Assembly (NCBI GenBank): GCA_951406725.2
Contig: OX597842.1
Location: forward strand, 22,444,001 to 22,508,000
DNA: 64,000 nt
Origin: Octopus vulgaris
Taxonomy: Eukaryota
Reading direction: 5' to 3'
Positions within the stretch are counted from its first letter, which is position 1. Each line of letters begins with the position of its first letter. The position numbers were made by a program, and so were the translations under genes. Positions 25,689 through 39,469 of this stretch are shown piece after piece. The notes under the pieces are model-generated. The model searched no databases. It had not been told where the DNA came from and saw nothing but the letters and a program-made list of their open reading frames with translations.

Positions 25689-27049
25689 TGCAGGAGTGGC
25701 TGTGTGGTAAGTAGCTTGTTTACTAACCATGTGGTTGGTAAACAAGCTACTTGCCACTTACCACACAGTCCCACTGCATGGCACCTTGGGCAAGTGGATT
25801 TGGTAGACGGTAACTGAAAGAAGCCTGTCGTATATATATGTATTGCTTAACAACCGATGCTGGTGTGTTTATGTCCCCGTGACTTAGCGGTTCGGCAAAA
25901 GAGACCGATAGAATAAGTAGTGAGCTTACAAAGAATAAGTCCCGGGGTCGAGTTGCTCGATTAAAGGCGGTGCTCCAGCATGGCCGCAGTCAAAATGACT
26001 GAAACAAGAGAAAAAGAAAAAGAATAGTATCTCACCATTAATAGTTAAAAAGTATTTTATCGAGAAAGAAATGGTGAATTCTTGACCATGAACTTGCCAG
26101 ACATGATTTGAGCATAGCAACACAAGTGTACCTCGACCCACTTGGTTTCCTAGCTTTCAGAAAAATGGATATTTTTTTAATGAAATTTTCTACAAATACA
26201 GTCGTGGGTGTGTGATTAAAAGCTTGCTTGCGAACCACATAATTCCAGGTTCAGTCCTACTGCATGGCACCTTGAGCTTGTCTTCTGCTATAGCCTTGGG
26301 CCAACCAAAGCCTTGTGAGTAGATTGGTGGATGGAAACTGAAAGAAGCCCATCGTGTATATGGTAGTAGTAGGAGAAACTGGAGAAATGTTAGCACGCCG
26401 GGCGAAATGCGTAGCGGTATTTCGTCTGTGAGTTGTGAGTTCAAATTCTGCCGAGGTCGACTTTGCCTTTCATCCTTTTGGGGTCAATAAATTAAGTACC
26501 AGTTACGCACTGGGGTCGATGTAATCGACTTAATACCTATGTCTGTCCTTGTTTGTCCCCTCTGTGTTTAGCCCCTTGTGGGTAATAAAGAAATAGGTAG
26601 TAGTAGGATTCATAGAAGAAGTTTCATGGGAATATTGAATTCACAAGCGGTCCCCGACATCCCGCATGCATATCCCGAGTGACGGGATGCCCTGTTTGCT
26701 GCGGAGTCTTCACAGACCCAGGGACAGAACAACTTCGAAGCTGCCGGTTGCTGATCAGACGCCTCTTGGAATTTTTACCAGAGCCCTGTTGGCCAGGCTG
26801 CAGCCCAAATACCGCTCAGTACCAGACCAATCCACCTTGGAACCGACCAGGAACTGAAGTTCCCAACGGCATAGCTCTGACACTGCCCGTTTACACCACC
26901 CTACCGTTTTGAGGAGGGGTTGGACTTTAGGGCAGTGACCTCGCACAGGACCGTCGAGCGTGGGCCGCCATGGTTTGTGATGCCGTTAGGACCAGAGAAG
27001 AAGCCGGCTCAACCCGCCCTGGGTGTACGCCGTCACAAGTACAAGTATC

Positions 27050-27105
<56 letters not shown>

Positions 27106-27310
27106 CTGTCCCCCACCAGCACTTGACGACCAGTGTTGGTGTGCTTACATCCTCATGAATTAGCAGTCCAGCAAAAGAGACCCAATAAAATTAAGTGCCA
27201 AGCTTAGAAAAATGTACTAGGGTTGATTCATTCAATCTGACCCATGCAAGTATGGAAAAATGTACATTAAAACAGTGATACTGATGATGGGAAATGTCTT
27301 ATATTTTTGA

Positions 27311-27980
27311 CTGTTGAATCTCTACATTCTGTGTCTTATACCATTTCTCTATTATTCCAGAATATCAGAAGACATTGGGATAAAAGGAATTTCATATCAG
27401 AAGCATCATCTATGGTTATCATATTTTAAAGACTGGAAAACTCTAAGATGTACTTTGGTGAAATATTTCCTCAGAGAGAGCTTGTTAGCTTTGATTTCTT
27501 CAATTCATTGTCTGCAATGTGCACTACCTTATTTTTGCATTCTATATAAACTTGGGAAAATTTTACAAAGGAATTTGCTGCACCTTTAGTTATCGACAAA
27601 AATCGCAGTCGATGGAAATATAACAGAAAAGATATTTGTCAGAAATAAACTGTAACTTCTCTATTATTCCAGGTAATCTGAAGATTTTGGTGTTAAAGGA
27701 ATTTACATCAAAAGCATCATCTATGTTTGTCCTATTTTAAAGAGGAAAAATCTTGTACAAAACAGTTTTAACCCTGTATATGATTCTGGGTTGTATTATG
27801 ATGAAATATTTCCTCTGAGAGAGCTTGTTAGCTTTTTTTCACTTTAATTCATTGTCTGCACTATATACAACCTGATTTCACATTCTGTATAAACTTGGAA
27901 AAATTTTACAAAGAAATTTGCTGCGCCTTTTGTTATCGACAGTTAATGGAAATATAACAGAAAAAATATCTGTTAGAAAT
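27311..27980 (+). repeat. Tandem duplication of the ZNF3 acceptor/5'UTR segment (acceptor copies end at 27360 and 27672)
   Basis: two diverged ~310-340 bp copies, each starting ctattattccag. Confidence 0.75.
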
Positions 27981-28064
27981 TAACTAAAACAGCTAAAAAA
28001 TGAAGAAAAATATTTATCTATTGCAGTGAAAAGAGAGAAAAAATTATGGAAAAATAGATTCTGT

Positions 28065-29297
28065 ATGAATTACGTTGATTTCTTTCCTCTTGAAGAGATG
28101 CCAAAAGTTAAAGGAAAAACTTCGTACCATTGTGGTATCTGCAAAAAATCATTTTCTCATAAAGGTGGCTTAACCACACACAAATGTATTCACACAGGTG
28201 AGAAGCAATATCACTGTGATATCTGTGCTCAATCCTTTTCTAGTAGTAGCACTTTAACTTGTCACAGACGCACTCATACAGGTGAGAGGCCGTATGGTTG
28301 TGATATCTGTGGTAAATCATTCTCTCGAAATTATCTTTTAACTACACACAAACGTATTCATACAGGAGAGAGACCATATCACTGTGATATCTGTGGTAAA
28401 TCCTTCTCTCAGAATAACCACTTGATTTCACACAAACGCAGTCATACAGGAGAGAAACCATTTCACTGTGATATCTGTGATAAATCATTCTCTCGAAATC
28501 ATCACCTGGCTGCTCACAAACAGCTCCATACAGGTGAGAGACCATACCACTGCAACACCTGTGGTAAATCATTCTCTCGAAGTCACAACCTGACCACACA
28601 CAAACGCTGTCATACAGGAGAGAAGCCATATCACTGTGATGTCTGCGGCAAGTCGTTCTCTGAAAGCAGCGTCTTGAATATTCACAAACGTATTCACACG
28701 AAGGAGAAACCCTATCATTGCGATATCTGTGGTAAATCATTCGCTCGGCATCACGTCGCTGCCGTGCACAAACGTATTCATACAGGCGAGAAACCATATC
28801 CGTGCAGTATCTGCGGTAAATCATTTTCGTGCTTGAGCAGTTTAATCACTCATAAACATGTTCACACAGGAGAAAAACCATATCAGTGTGATATCTGTGG
28901 TAAATCCTTCTCTCAGACCTGTTCCTTAACTATCCATAAACGTATTCACACGGGGGAGAAACCATATCAGTGTGATATCTGTGGTAAATCCTTCTCCTGT
29001 GCAGGTACCTTAAATACTCACAAACGCATTCACACAGGCGAGAAGCCATATCACTGTGATATATGTGGCAAGTCATTCTCCCACGGAAATAGTTTAACTT
29101 ATCACAAACATATTCATACTGGAGTGACACCGTACCTCTGTAATATCTGTGGAAAATCCTTTTCTAGTACATGCAATTTGAATACTCACAAACGCATTCA
29201 TACGGGAGAGAAACCATATCACTGTGATATATGTGGTAAATCATTCACTCAGAGTAGTAATTTAACTCAACACAAATGTACTCCTACTGAAATATAA
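28065..29297 (+). CDS. C2H2 zinc-finger protein (ZNF3), 13 intact fingers plus a truncated last finger
   Basis: ORF 28026-29297; first in-frame ATG (MNYVDF) at 28065; stop abuts a SINE. Confidence 0.9.
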   Translation: MNYVDFFPLEEMPKVKGKTSYHCGICKKSFSHKGGLTTHKCIHTGEKQYHCDICAQSFSSSSTLTCHRRTHTGERPYGCDICGKSFSRNYLLTTHKRIHTGERPYHCDICGKSFSQNNHLISHKRSHTGEKPFHCDICDKSFSRNHHLAAHKQLHTGERPYHCNTCGKSFSRSHNLTTHKRCHTGEKPYHCDVCGKSFSESSVLNIHKRIHTKEKPYHCDICGKSFARHHVAAVHKRIHTGEKPYPCSICGKSFSCLSSLITHKHVHTGEKPYQCDICGKSFSQTCSLTIHKRIHTGEKPYQCDICGKSFSCAGTLNTHKRIHTGEKPYHCDICGKSFSHGNSLTYHKHIHTGVTPYLCNICGKSFSSTCNLNTHKRIHTGEKPYHCDICGKSFTQSSNLTQHKCTPTEI

Positions 29298-29794
29298 CCT
29301 ATTTCTTTACTACCCACAAGGGGCTAAACACAGAGAGGGCAAACAAACGGATTAAGTCAATTATATCGACCCCTGTGCGTAACTGGTACTTAATTTATCA
29401 ACCCCGAAAGGATGAAAGGCAATGTCAACCTCGGCGGAATTTGAACTCAGAACGTAACGGCAGACGAAATACAGCTAAGCATGTCACCCGGTGTGCTAGC
29501 GGTTCTGCCAGCACGCCGCCTGAAATAAAACCAAAGCTCTGATGACACTCATCAGCACCATTATATGACTGGTATCCGTGCTAGCGGGATGCAAAGAGCA
29601 CCATACGAGTGTGATCATTGACAGAGCGGCTTCCGTACCAGTGGCACATAAAAGGCACCATTTGAGCGTAATCGTTACCAGCGTCGCACTACTGGCACTC
29701 AAGCCCCGTGCTAGTAGGGTATTAAGAGCACCATCTGAGCGTGATCGTTGCCATCGAATTTTGTGAACATTTAATCATTTAAACATGTTGATGT

Positions 29795-30266
29795 TTAACC
29801 CTTTTGTTACTGTATTTATTTTGAGATGTTCTGTGTTTCACTTATATCAAATATAACAAGGAATTTAATAAAATGTTATCATTAAGCTGGTGTTAGGAAC
29901 ATAAATTGTAACTAAGGTTCAGTTGAAGATTTTTATTCAAAACTTATGAAAACAAGACATTTATACTAAAGAGCCAGAGCTGGTTTCAGCTGGGTTGGTA
30001 TCAAAAGGGTTAAGAATTGTTTCTCTATTATATATTTTAAGCCTTTTATTACCATATTCTGTTGAGATGCTCTGTGTTTCTTTCAATTAATTTTAAATAT
30101 AACAAAGAATTTAGTAAAACAACTTAGTCATCTTTCAGCTGGTGTTAGGAATATAAATTGTGACTAAGGTTTGATGGAAGATTTTAATTCAAAACTTAAT
30201 GAAAACAAGACATTTATACTACAGAGCCAGAGCTGATTTCAGCTGGGTTGGTAACGAAAGGGTTAA
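29795..30266. mobile_element. Same TTAA MITE dimer, opposite orientation
   Basis: reverse complement of 863-1344, including the spacer. Confidence 0.8.
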
Positions 30267-32379
30267 ATGATGGCAGCTGGTCCATCAGAAGTGACTGTGG
30301 AAATGATGACTGCAAGTGGAGATATAGGGATTGTTGTGATGATGGAGCTCTGCCAGGGTGTGCTGGGTGGAAGAGGAATACCAGCACTAAGTGTTGTGGT
30401 ACTGATCTTCAAGGGAAAGAGGATGTGATGAGTTGTGGGGTGTATAAGGGAGTGAAGCTATTGGAGCATGCAATGAAGATAGTGGAAAGGGTGTTGGAGA
30501 GGTGAATTCGGAAGGGGGTGGATGTAACTGAGATGCAACTTGGTTTTATGCCAGGAAGGGGGCCAATAGATGCAGTGTTCATTGTAAGGAGATGCAAAAG
30601 GAATACCAAGATCTGGAAAAAGTATTTGATAGGGTTCCAAGGAAGGTGATTGGGTGGGCATTGAGGAAGAGAGGTGTTCTAGAGGTAATGGTGAGGGCAG
30701 TGATGAGTCTGTATGAAGGGGTAAAGACGAGAATTAGAATTGGATCAGAGCTGTTGGAGGGGCTTTCCGTGAAAGTTGGTATGCATCAGGGATCTGTGTT
30801 GCCACCAGTGTTTGTAATAGTGGTTGATGTGACAGAGAGTGCAAGGGAGGGATTGATAATGGGGATACTGTATGCAGATGATCTTGTTCTGATGAGTGAG
30901 ACAATGGAGGGAAGGAGGCATTTGAAGGTAAACCTCAGGAAGACAAAGGTGATGGTGAGCAGAGTGGAAGGAGATGCGTTAATGAGTAAGGTAGATCCAT
31001 GTGGTGTATGTAGGAGGGGGGTAGTGGCAAATGCAGTGTTGTGTACGAGATGTGAGAAATGGATTCATGGTAGGTGTACAGAAATGAAGGTGACCCCAAG
31101 ACTGGCAAGAGAGTTTGCTTGTGTTGGACTTCTTAGTCCAAAGAAATTGTAAAATATTGTAAATTGTAATAGGGTTATTACCTCAAGATGTGTCTTATTA
31201 AAAGAACAATGTTAAAGACGCAGGAGTGGCTGTGTGGTAAGTAGCTTGCTAACCAACCGCATGGTTCCGGGTTCAGTCCCACTGCGTGGCATCTTGGGCA
31301 AGTGTCTTCTACTATAGCCCTGGGCCGACCAATGCCTTGTGAGTGGATTTGGTAGATGGAAACTGAAAGAAGCCTGTCGTATATATATGTGTGTTTGTCC
31401 CCCTAGCATTGCTTGACAACCGATGCTGGTGTGTTTACGTCCCTGTCACTTAGCGGTTCGGCAAAAGAGACCGATAGAATAAGTACTAGGCATACAAAAA
31501 GAATAAGTCCTGGGGTCGATTTGCTCGACTAAAGGCGGTGCTCCAGCATGGCCGCAGTCAAATGACTGAAACAAGTAAAAGAGTATAGAGAAGCAGAGGG
31601 TTGGCGGGCACTTTCTGTCTTCTCCCATCCTTATCCTGTATTATTATCATTCGCCTCATCAATGTCTTGTCCAGCCCGCAAAGCTACCCATCTCTGTACT
31701 GCCTCTATGGCAAATGAAATGAATAAAAGAGAGTTTGCTTGTGGAAGATGTGAGAAAGGAGCTGAAGGGCTGGTGGAAACAGTATGTGATGAGGTGGAAA
31801 CGGTGAGAGGGTTTTGTTATTTGAGAGATAGGGTGGATGTGAAGTAGCTGTGACAGCAAGAGTGAGACTTGGCTGGGTGAAGTTCAGGGAATGTGGAGCA
31901 TTGATATATGGGAAAAGGTTCTCATTGAAGATGAAAGGAAGGGTCTATAGGATTTGCATGAGAGCTGCAATGCTGTATGGGAGGGAGAGAGAGAGAGATG
32001 GCAATTTTGAGAAGAGCCGAGAGAGAAATGTGTGGTGTGAAGCTGTTTGATAAGAGGAGGACTGAGGACTTGATGGGGATCCTGGGGTGGGATGAATCAG
32101 TGGAATGGCTGGCAAGGGCGAATGGAGTGCGGTGGTATGGGCGTGTGTTGAGGAAGGATGAGGAGCATGTTCTGAGGAGGGTGATTAAGTTTGAGGTGAA
32201 AGCGAGGTAGACCAAGAAAAACGTGGAGGAGGAGATTGGGTGGGTTGGATTGAGAAGGGAGGACACCCCAAACTGGGCAAGATGGTGTGAGGGCAGTTGC
32301 TATGGCATTGAGGTAGATCCAACCACCCCCATTAATGGGGACAAAACCCGGATTTAAAACATTCGATAATGATGATGAT
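30267..32379 (+). mobile_element. 5'-truncated, decayed RTE-clade LINE
   Basis: YKGVKLLEHAMKIVERV, GFMPGR, DLEKVFDRVPR, HQGSVL, YADDLVL, RWYGRVLR; 3' hairpin + (GAT)n tail. Confidence 0.85.
31124..31726 (+). mobile_element. Retroposed insert inside the RTE, itself carrying a SINE A copy (31217-31585)
   Basis: 17-bp TSD aagagagtttgcttgtg at 31107-31123 and 31727-31743; ends in gaataaa. Confidence 0.75.
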
Positions 32380-33616
32380 CCACATTTTTTATAGTCTTCA
32401 CCGATCATTTTTGATATTGGATTTTGTGAACATTTAATCATTTAAACATGTTTTCTATTTCGCAATCTAAAATTTTTAAAATCCTATATGTTTATACCAT
32501 TGATAAACAAAATGTTGTTGAAATTAATTTGGTATGTATGTAAATAAATTCATTTAAAAATTACAAGTTTTTCAAATTCAGGTGCATTTTCAACAACAAA
32601 TTCTATCTATATACTAATAAAAGTGAAGTTCAATCTTGCTTGCTTGCAATGTTACACAGCCAGACTGATACATAATGTAAAAATACTATGAATTAAGTTG
32701 CCCTTGAAATATTAATATGAACGGAATAAAACAAGTTTCATGTAAATTGAACCTGAAAGGGAAGAAACTTTAACCTTTCAATTAGACAGTGACTTGACAA
32801 CAAAAAAAATACGATGTTTTTTTACAGTAAATGTATCTATTTTTACTTTTGTTAAACAATATTTTAATCATTTAGAAATATTTTCAAGTGAATGTGATTT
32901 CAGAAAATGTAAGTTGTTTGTACTGTAAGTATTTATATTTTAGCTTTCTTCAGACAATATTTTAATGTTTTTTAAAATTATTTTCTAGTGTATATCATTA
33001 CAAAAATATTTTAAGGTGAAAATGACTTTAAAAATACAGTAAATACTTCGTAAAAGACCCGTTCATAACCTGTGTGAAATAATTTTTTTCTATAGATTTT
33101 TTTTTAGTGCATTCAACATATCTCACATTCAAAGATTTGGCTATTTCTAGTATGTCCTGCTACCACATAATAGCCATTTGCAATAAAGGACCTGAAATAG
33201 CTGTTACATGGTAGCAGAGCATGCAAGAAATAGCAGCCAGATCTTTCATTTTCTGGGGAAAGGAGCCGTTTACACATGATTTCGATGTCACATTCGCTGA
33301 AAGCATGTGAAATAATCTGGAAAAGAAGAAAACCCACAAAACAAAACTCCTTTGCTGGGAAACTCAGACTTTCCTGTTGCCCCAACAGGTCACAGGTAGT
33401 TTAATATATTTTTATATGCCCTACCATGACTACAGCTTTAACGCTGAAACAACTTAAAGAGTTAAAATTCAACAGGCTTCATTCAGTTTGTCTCACAAAG
33501 GTTTGGTCAGCCTGAGGCTATAGTAGAAGACATTTGTCCAAGGTGTCATGCTGAGCCCAGAACGATATGGTTGAGAAGCAAGTTTCTTACCACAGCCACG
33601 CCTGTGCCTATATAAT

Positions 33617-34683
33617 ATCTCTTATATAAAATCCGTTCTGTCTGTCTGTGTGTCTTCTAGGATCTCGGGCATCCTCCATCCGATTGCACTCAAGTTTGAT
33701 TTGTAGATACCGATGGTATCAGGGCATGTATAAGTCTTGCAAAAATTACAAAAATCGAATCCAGGTGAGAATGCGATCGATAAAGCCGTTTTTGTCCTGC
33801 TTTTCTTCCATCAACCTGTACATAACTGCACCTTCCATTTTTTGTTGTTTTTGTAATGCTTAAAGACACGTTTCTTTCCTGCCAAGCCTCCTAGTCAACA
33901 GCCTTATAATTACTGGTACTTTAAACTCTTCGGTTGCGTATTTTTGTGAATAAAATCGTTTTTCTTTGGAATAGAAAAAAAGTCTATCTTTATTTCTTCT
34001 TTTGCTGGTGTCTCAAATTTAGGTTAAATCAGTGTTTCTCAAAGGGGAGGCCTATGGGACGGTCGGACAAGTTGTTTGAAGAAAATTTGGTTTAAATGTT
34101 TGACAACTCAGCACCATCCATTGGACGGGGAGGGGGGCATTTTGGTCGTGTATATATGCATGTATAACAGCTGTTGGGAGGTGGTTGCAGATTTACCAGG
34201 GTGCCAAGGATTCTTCCTCATTCCAGTTAAAAAGTCAGACATCATACGGTGTGAAAGAAAGAAAGAAAATCTTATTGAATTAACAATTCCTTGTGAAGAT
34301 AACATGCATGCCACTCACACTTGAGTGACCATTATAAAAACCTCCTTGACGAATGCGATGATGCTGGCTGGAAAGCATTTTCCAATCAAAGTTAGATGTA
34401 GAGGTTTCATTAGACACATTGTGAGGTCGCTAGGCCCACATTGCAGTTGCTAGGCCCAGCTCAAAGCAAATACCATCATGAGTGATACCCAGACTACAGT
34501 GGAGGAGGCAAGCCACTGAATTGGGTAAAAATGAGCAATGGCTAGAAGAATACTGAGTGAAACCGGTTGATCTAGCAAGCGAGGCCTCATTTCATTGAGG
34601 GATGCTGATATGCAATAATGCTGTCAAGAGGAGGGCCCTGAAGTGGCTCACATTCTATCTTGATGACCACATAAGCTTGCTAG
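33617..34683 (+). mobile_element. Possible Helitron-like element
   Basis: TCTCTTATATAAAA..(ctgt)n start and a possible CTAG|T end; boundaries uncertain. Confidence 0.35.
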
Positions 34684-37388
34684 TATCCAGTATGTGGAGC
34701 TTTCAACTGGTAATTGAAAAAAAGTTTGGGAAAAATCATATATATCATCATCATTTTTTAAAATTCTTTATTGCCCACAAGGGGCTACACACAGAGGAAA
34801 CAAACAAAGGGACTAAGTCGATTACATCAACCCCGAAAGAATGAAAGGCAAAGTCGACCTCGGCGGAATTTGAACTCAGAACGTAACGACAGACGAAATA
34901 CCTATTTCTTTATTGCCCACAAGGGGCTAAACATAGAGAGGACAAACAAAGACAGACAAACGGATTAAGTCGATTACATCGACCCCAGTGCGTAACTTAT
35001 ACTTATTTTATTGACCCCGAAAGGATGAAAGGCAAAGTTGACCTCGGCAGAATTTGAACTCAGAACGTAGAGGCAGACGAAATACCACGAAGCATTTCTC
35101 CTGGCATGCTAATGATTCTTGATTGATTAATGTGCACCTTCCATGCTGGCATGGATAGGATGGTTGATTGGAGCCTGCCAGCAGAAGGTTGCACCAGACC
35201 CCTTTGTTTGTTTTGGCATGGTTTTTATAGTTGGATGTCCTTCCTAATGCCAACAGAGGTGGTTTTCTATAAGTTTGGGGACTTTTTTAGAAGAGGCAGT
35301 TGTAACTCTCCTAGATTATTTTAACGCTAGTATAACATTACTATGTGGAGGTGCGTGGCTTAGTGGTTAGGGTGTCAGCACCATGGGCGCAAGATTGTGG
35401 TTTTGATTCCTGGACAAGGTGACGCGTTGTGTTCTTGAGCAAAACATTTCATTTAACATTTCTACAGTCTGCTCAGCTGGCAAAAATGAGTAACGCTGCG
35501 ATGGACTGGCGTCCTGTCCAGCTGGGGAACACATATGCCATAGAAACTGGGAAACTGGGCCCATGAGCCTGGGTAGGCTTTAAAAGGGCGCAAGTAGAGG
35601 CACGTGGTTTGGTGGTTAGGGTGTCAGCAACATGATCGTAAGATTGTGGTTTCGATTCCCGGACCGGGCAACGCGTTGTGTTCTTGAGCAAAACACTTCA
35701 TTTCACGTTTCTCCAGTCCACTCAGCTGGCAAAAATGAGTAACACTGCGATGGACTGGCGTCATTTTGAAGACATTAGTGGTTGTGATGTTGGACGCCTG
35801 ATCGTAAGGCAGAAGACAAGCTCAAGGTGCCATGCAATAGGACCGAACCTGGAATTATGTGGTTCGGAAGCAAGCTTTTAATCACACAGACACAACAGAA
35901 TATGCTTCAACAAACGAACTCATATAAAGAATCTTGCAAACCAAATCCAAAAACGAAATTTATTCATTAAAACTTATTAAGACTACTCACAACTCTTGTT
36001 GTAAAGTCTTGTTTTTATTTTGTGATGAGCAACTATCACACAGAAAATATCAGCTTCCAAATCTTGTTTTCTGATTGGGCAAAAATGGAATAAGCGAATT
36101 ACAAATTCAGATTCAGTGTGAAAAATTACATCAATATACCAAATTTGAAAATTTTCACTTCATTTCAAAATCTGTGACAGCAACAGAAAAGATCTAAAAT
36201 GTGTGAGATTAAATACACAGAACATGAAAATTTTGAAGGAAAGGATTTTATTTAAAATATCAATTTTATATCAACAATACAGACATAGTTGTATATATAT
36301 ATGAAGCATTAGCTTATATTGGTGGAGGTGCAATGGCCCAGTGGTTAGGGCAGCGGACTCGAGGTCGGAGGATCACGGTTTCGATTCTCAGACTGGGCTT
36401 TATGTGTATTTATTGAGCGAAAATACCTAAAGGCTCCATCCAGCAGGGGGCGGTGGCGACCCGTTGTACTCTTTCGCCCCAACTTTCTCTCATTCTTTCT
36501 TCCTGTTTCTTGAGTAACGCTGCAATGGTCTGGTGTCCCATCCAGCTGGGGGGAACACATACACCACAGAAACCAGGAAACCGGGCCCATGAACCTGGCT
36601 AGGCTTGAAAAGGGCGCATAAATAAAATAAAATAAAAGTGAAATTTTAAGACTTCTTTTTTTTTATGGGCATATATGGGTTAAGCCTTTAATGTTTAAAC
36701 CGGCTGTATACAGCCCAAATATTCTACGCCAACCACTCCGAGAGTGTAGGGGGTGCTTTTACGTGCCAGGCGGTACTGGCAACGGCCACGCTCAAAAGGT
36801 GTTTTTTACGTGCCACCTGCAGAGGAGCCAGTTTAGCAGAACTGGCAACGACCTGAATGCTAAAAGGTTAATGTAGTTCTCAGGGAGATTTAGTGCGACA
36901 CAGAATGTGATAAGACTGGCCCTGTGAATTACAACAGGGGTCGCCACCATCCCCTGCTGGAGCCCCATTGAGCTTTAGGTGTTTTCGCTCAATAAATACA
37001 CACAACGCCTGGTCTGGGAATCGAAACCGTGATCCTCCTACCGCGAGTCCGCTGCCCTAACCACTGCGCCTCCATAATCTGGAAGAGAAGGACAGTATGC
37101 AGCTATTAGCTATGGGTGTCAACCACCAACTGAACATTTCGTATGTTCAGTCAGATGCTCCCCAGCAAGTTCATGTCTAAACAAGTAGGGGCAGGTTTTA
37201 CACAACCAGGGGTATACGTGGATCGATGGTGCACATGTCTGTGGAGTGCTCGGCCACTTGCATGTTAATTTCACAAGCAGGTTGTTCTGTTGTTTGGCTC
37301 AACTGGAACTCTTGTCGTCATAACCAACTGCCCCAGCATGGCCGCGGCCTTCGGGCTAAAACATTTTTAAGGATTTTAAGAGCGCCAG

Positions 37389-38912
37389 TTATTCTTCTGT
37401 ATGGATAAACACATGTGTGGCCAATAGTCTTTTCCGAGAAAATGATTTACCACAGATGTCACAACGATAAGGCTTTTCACCTGTATGAATACGAACGTGT
37501 TCAGTTAAATTACCTTTCTGAGTGAACGACTTTCCACAGATATCACAGTGATGTGGCCTCTCACCTGTATGAATATATTTGTGTTTGGTTAAATGGTAAT
37601 TGACAGGAAATGATTTACCACAGACATCACAACGATATGGTTTCTCTTCCCTATGAATGTGTTTGTGTTTTGTCAGGTTTCGTTTTAGAGAGAACGCCTT
37701 ACCACAGATATCACAATGGTGTGGCTTCGTCCCTGAATGAATCTGTCTGTGTTCTGTTAGCTTACATTTTTGAGAGAACGATTTACCACATATATCACAG
37801 TGATATGGTTTCTCACCTGTATGAATGTGTTTATGCTCGGTTAAATTACCTTTCTGAGAGAATGATTTACTACAGATATCACACTGATACGGTTTCTCTC
37901 CTGTATGAACACGCTTGTGTTCGGTCAAGTTACCTTTCAGAGAGAATGATTTACCACAGATATCACAGTGATATGGTTTCTCACCTGTATGAATTCGTAT
38001 GTGTTCAGTTAAGTTGCTACTTCCAGAGAACGATTTGCCACAAACATCGCAGGCATATGTTTTATCTCCTGCATGAAGGTGTTTATGTTTGGTTAAGGTA
38101 CTGCTTGTAGAAAACGGCTTACCACAGATATCACAGTGATATGGCTTTTCGCCTGTATGCATATGCTTGTGTTCACTTAAGTGATGACTTCGAGAGAATG
38201 ATTTCCCACAGATATCACAGTGATATGGCTTCTCTCCTGTATGATTGCGTTGATGTACGGTTAAATCATGCTTTCGAGCAAAAGATTTACTACAGGTGTC
38301 ACAGGGATATGGCTTCTCGCTTGTATGAGTGTGCTTGTGTTCAGCTAAGGTGCTTTTCACAGAGAATGATTTCCCACAGATATCACAGACATATGGCTTC
38401 TCTCCCGTATGAACACGTATGTGGGTTGTTAGGTTTGTGCTTCGACAAAACGACTTACCACAGATGTCACAGTGATACGGCTTCTCCCCTGTGTGAATAC
38501 GTTTGTGCTCAGTTACTTGATGATTTCGAGAGAATGATTTACCACAGATGTCACAGTGATAAGGCTTCTCTCCCGTATGAACACGTTTGTGTTTAATTAA
38601 ATGATCATTTAGAGAGAACGTTTTATCACATACATCACACTGATATGGCTTCTCTCCTGTATAAATATGTTTGTACTCAGTCACTGTACTTTCTTCAAAG
38701 AAGGATTTCCCAGAGATATCACAGTCATACGATATCTCTCCTGTATGAATAAGTTGGTGTGTAGTAAGTTCACATTTTTGAGAGAAGGTACTTTTACAGA
38801 TATCACACTGGTATAATACTATTTCTGAATCTTTTGGTATCTCATTAGAAAAACCAATCCATTCAGTCTGTGTCTCACATTTAACTGTACTCTCACACAA
38901 TTCATTTTCCAT
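37389..38912 (-). CDS. C2H2 zinc-finger protein (ZNF4), 16 intact fingers plus 1 degenerate
   Basis: ORF 37389-38927; first ATG (MENELCE) at 38912. Confidence 0.92.
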   Translation of the reverse strand: MENELCESTVKCETQTEWIGFSNEIPKDSEIVLYQCDICKSTFSQKCELTTHQLIHTGEISYDCDISGKSFFEESTVTEYKHIYTGEKPYQCDVCDKTFSLNDHLIKHKRVHTGEKPYHCDICGKSFSRNHQVTEHKRIHTGEKPYHCDICGKSFCRSTNLTTHIRVHTGEKPYVCDICGKSFSVKSTLAEHKHTHTSEKPYPCDTCSKSFARKHDLTVHQRNHTGEKPYHCDICGKSFSRSHHLSEHKHMHTGEKPYHCDICGKPFSTSSTLTKHKHLHAGDKTYACDVCGKSFSGSSNLTEHIRIHTGEKPYHCDICGKSFSLKGNLTEHKRVHTGEKPYQCDICSKSFSQKGNLTEHKHIHTGEKPYHCDICGKSFSQKCKLTEHRQIHSGTKPHHCDICGKAFSLKRNLTKHKHIHREEKPYRCDVCGKSFPVNYHLTKHKYIHTGERPHHCDICGKSFTQKGNLTEHVRIHTGEKPYRCDICGKSFSRKRLLATHVFIHTEE

Positions 38913-39045
38913 AATTTTTCTCCACAATATACAAGTGTTTTTCTTCTAAATGGTTATATATATATACACATATATTTAATACCTGACACACATATTTCAT
39001 CAGTTATTTTTCTATCAACAGTGATGTCAATCAAGAACTGTAGAT

Positions 39046-39224
39046 TAGTGGTTTTCAACCAGGGTTCCGCAAGAAGTTACAAAACTGCTAAAATCAGCAA
39101 TATTTTTTAATTCTCCTGTGCAGATATTTGTGCATAAAACTATTAAATTATTGCACAGGGGTTCCTCGAGCCAGTGGAATGTTTCCTTGGGGTTCCGCTC
39201 CAGCAAAAAGTTTGAAAAGCACTG
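39046..39224. mobile_element. hAT-like MITE in the ZNF4 5'UTR
   Basis: (T/C)AGTG termini, perfect 8-bp TSD ctgtagat. Confidence 0.75.
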
Positions 39225-39469
39225 CTGTAGATGCTGCAAATTACTTTGTGACCTGAGTTAAATTTCGATCCAAGACCACCTTGTACACATTCCAGTTAAT
39301 GAAATATACATTTATTTCCACATTAATTCCAGTTCAGAAAAAAACCTATCACAGTAATTTTACCACAGATTTGATAAAACTCAGTAGGCTATGTGTTCTG
39401 TATAATATGCTCCTTTAAACTTTAAAAGTTGATACATTTTGGTGATATATCCAAAGTAAAAAGCAATTC

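Noticed and set aside
36323-36400. tRNA gene (also 47579, 53634)
   Set aside because: tRNA-like head continues into a shared SINE body with no proper acceptor stem or terminator
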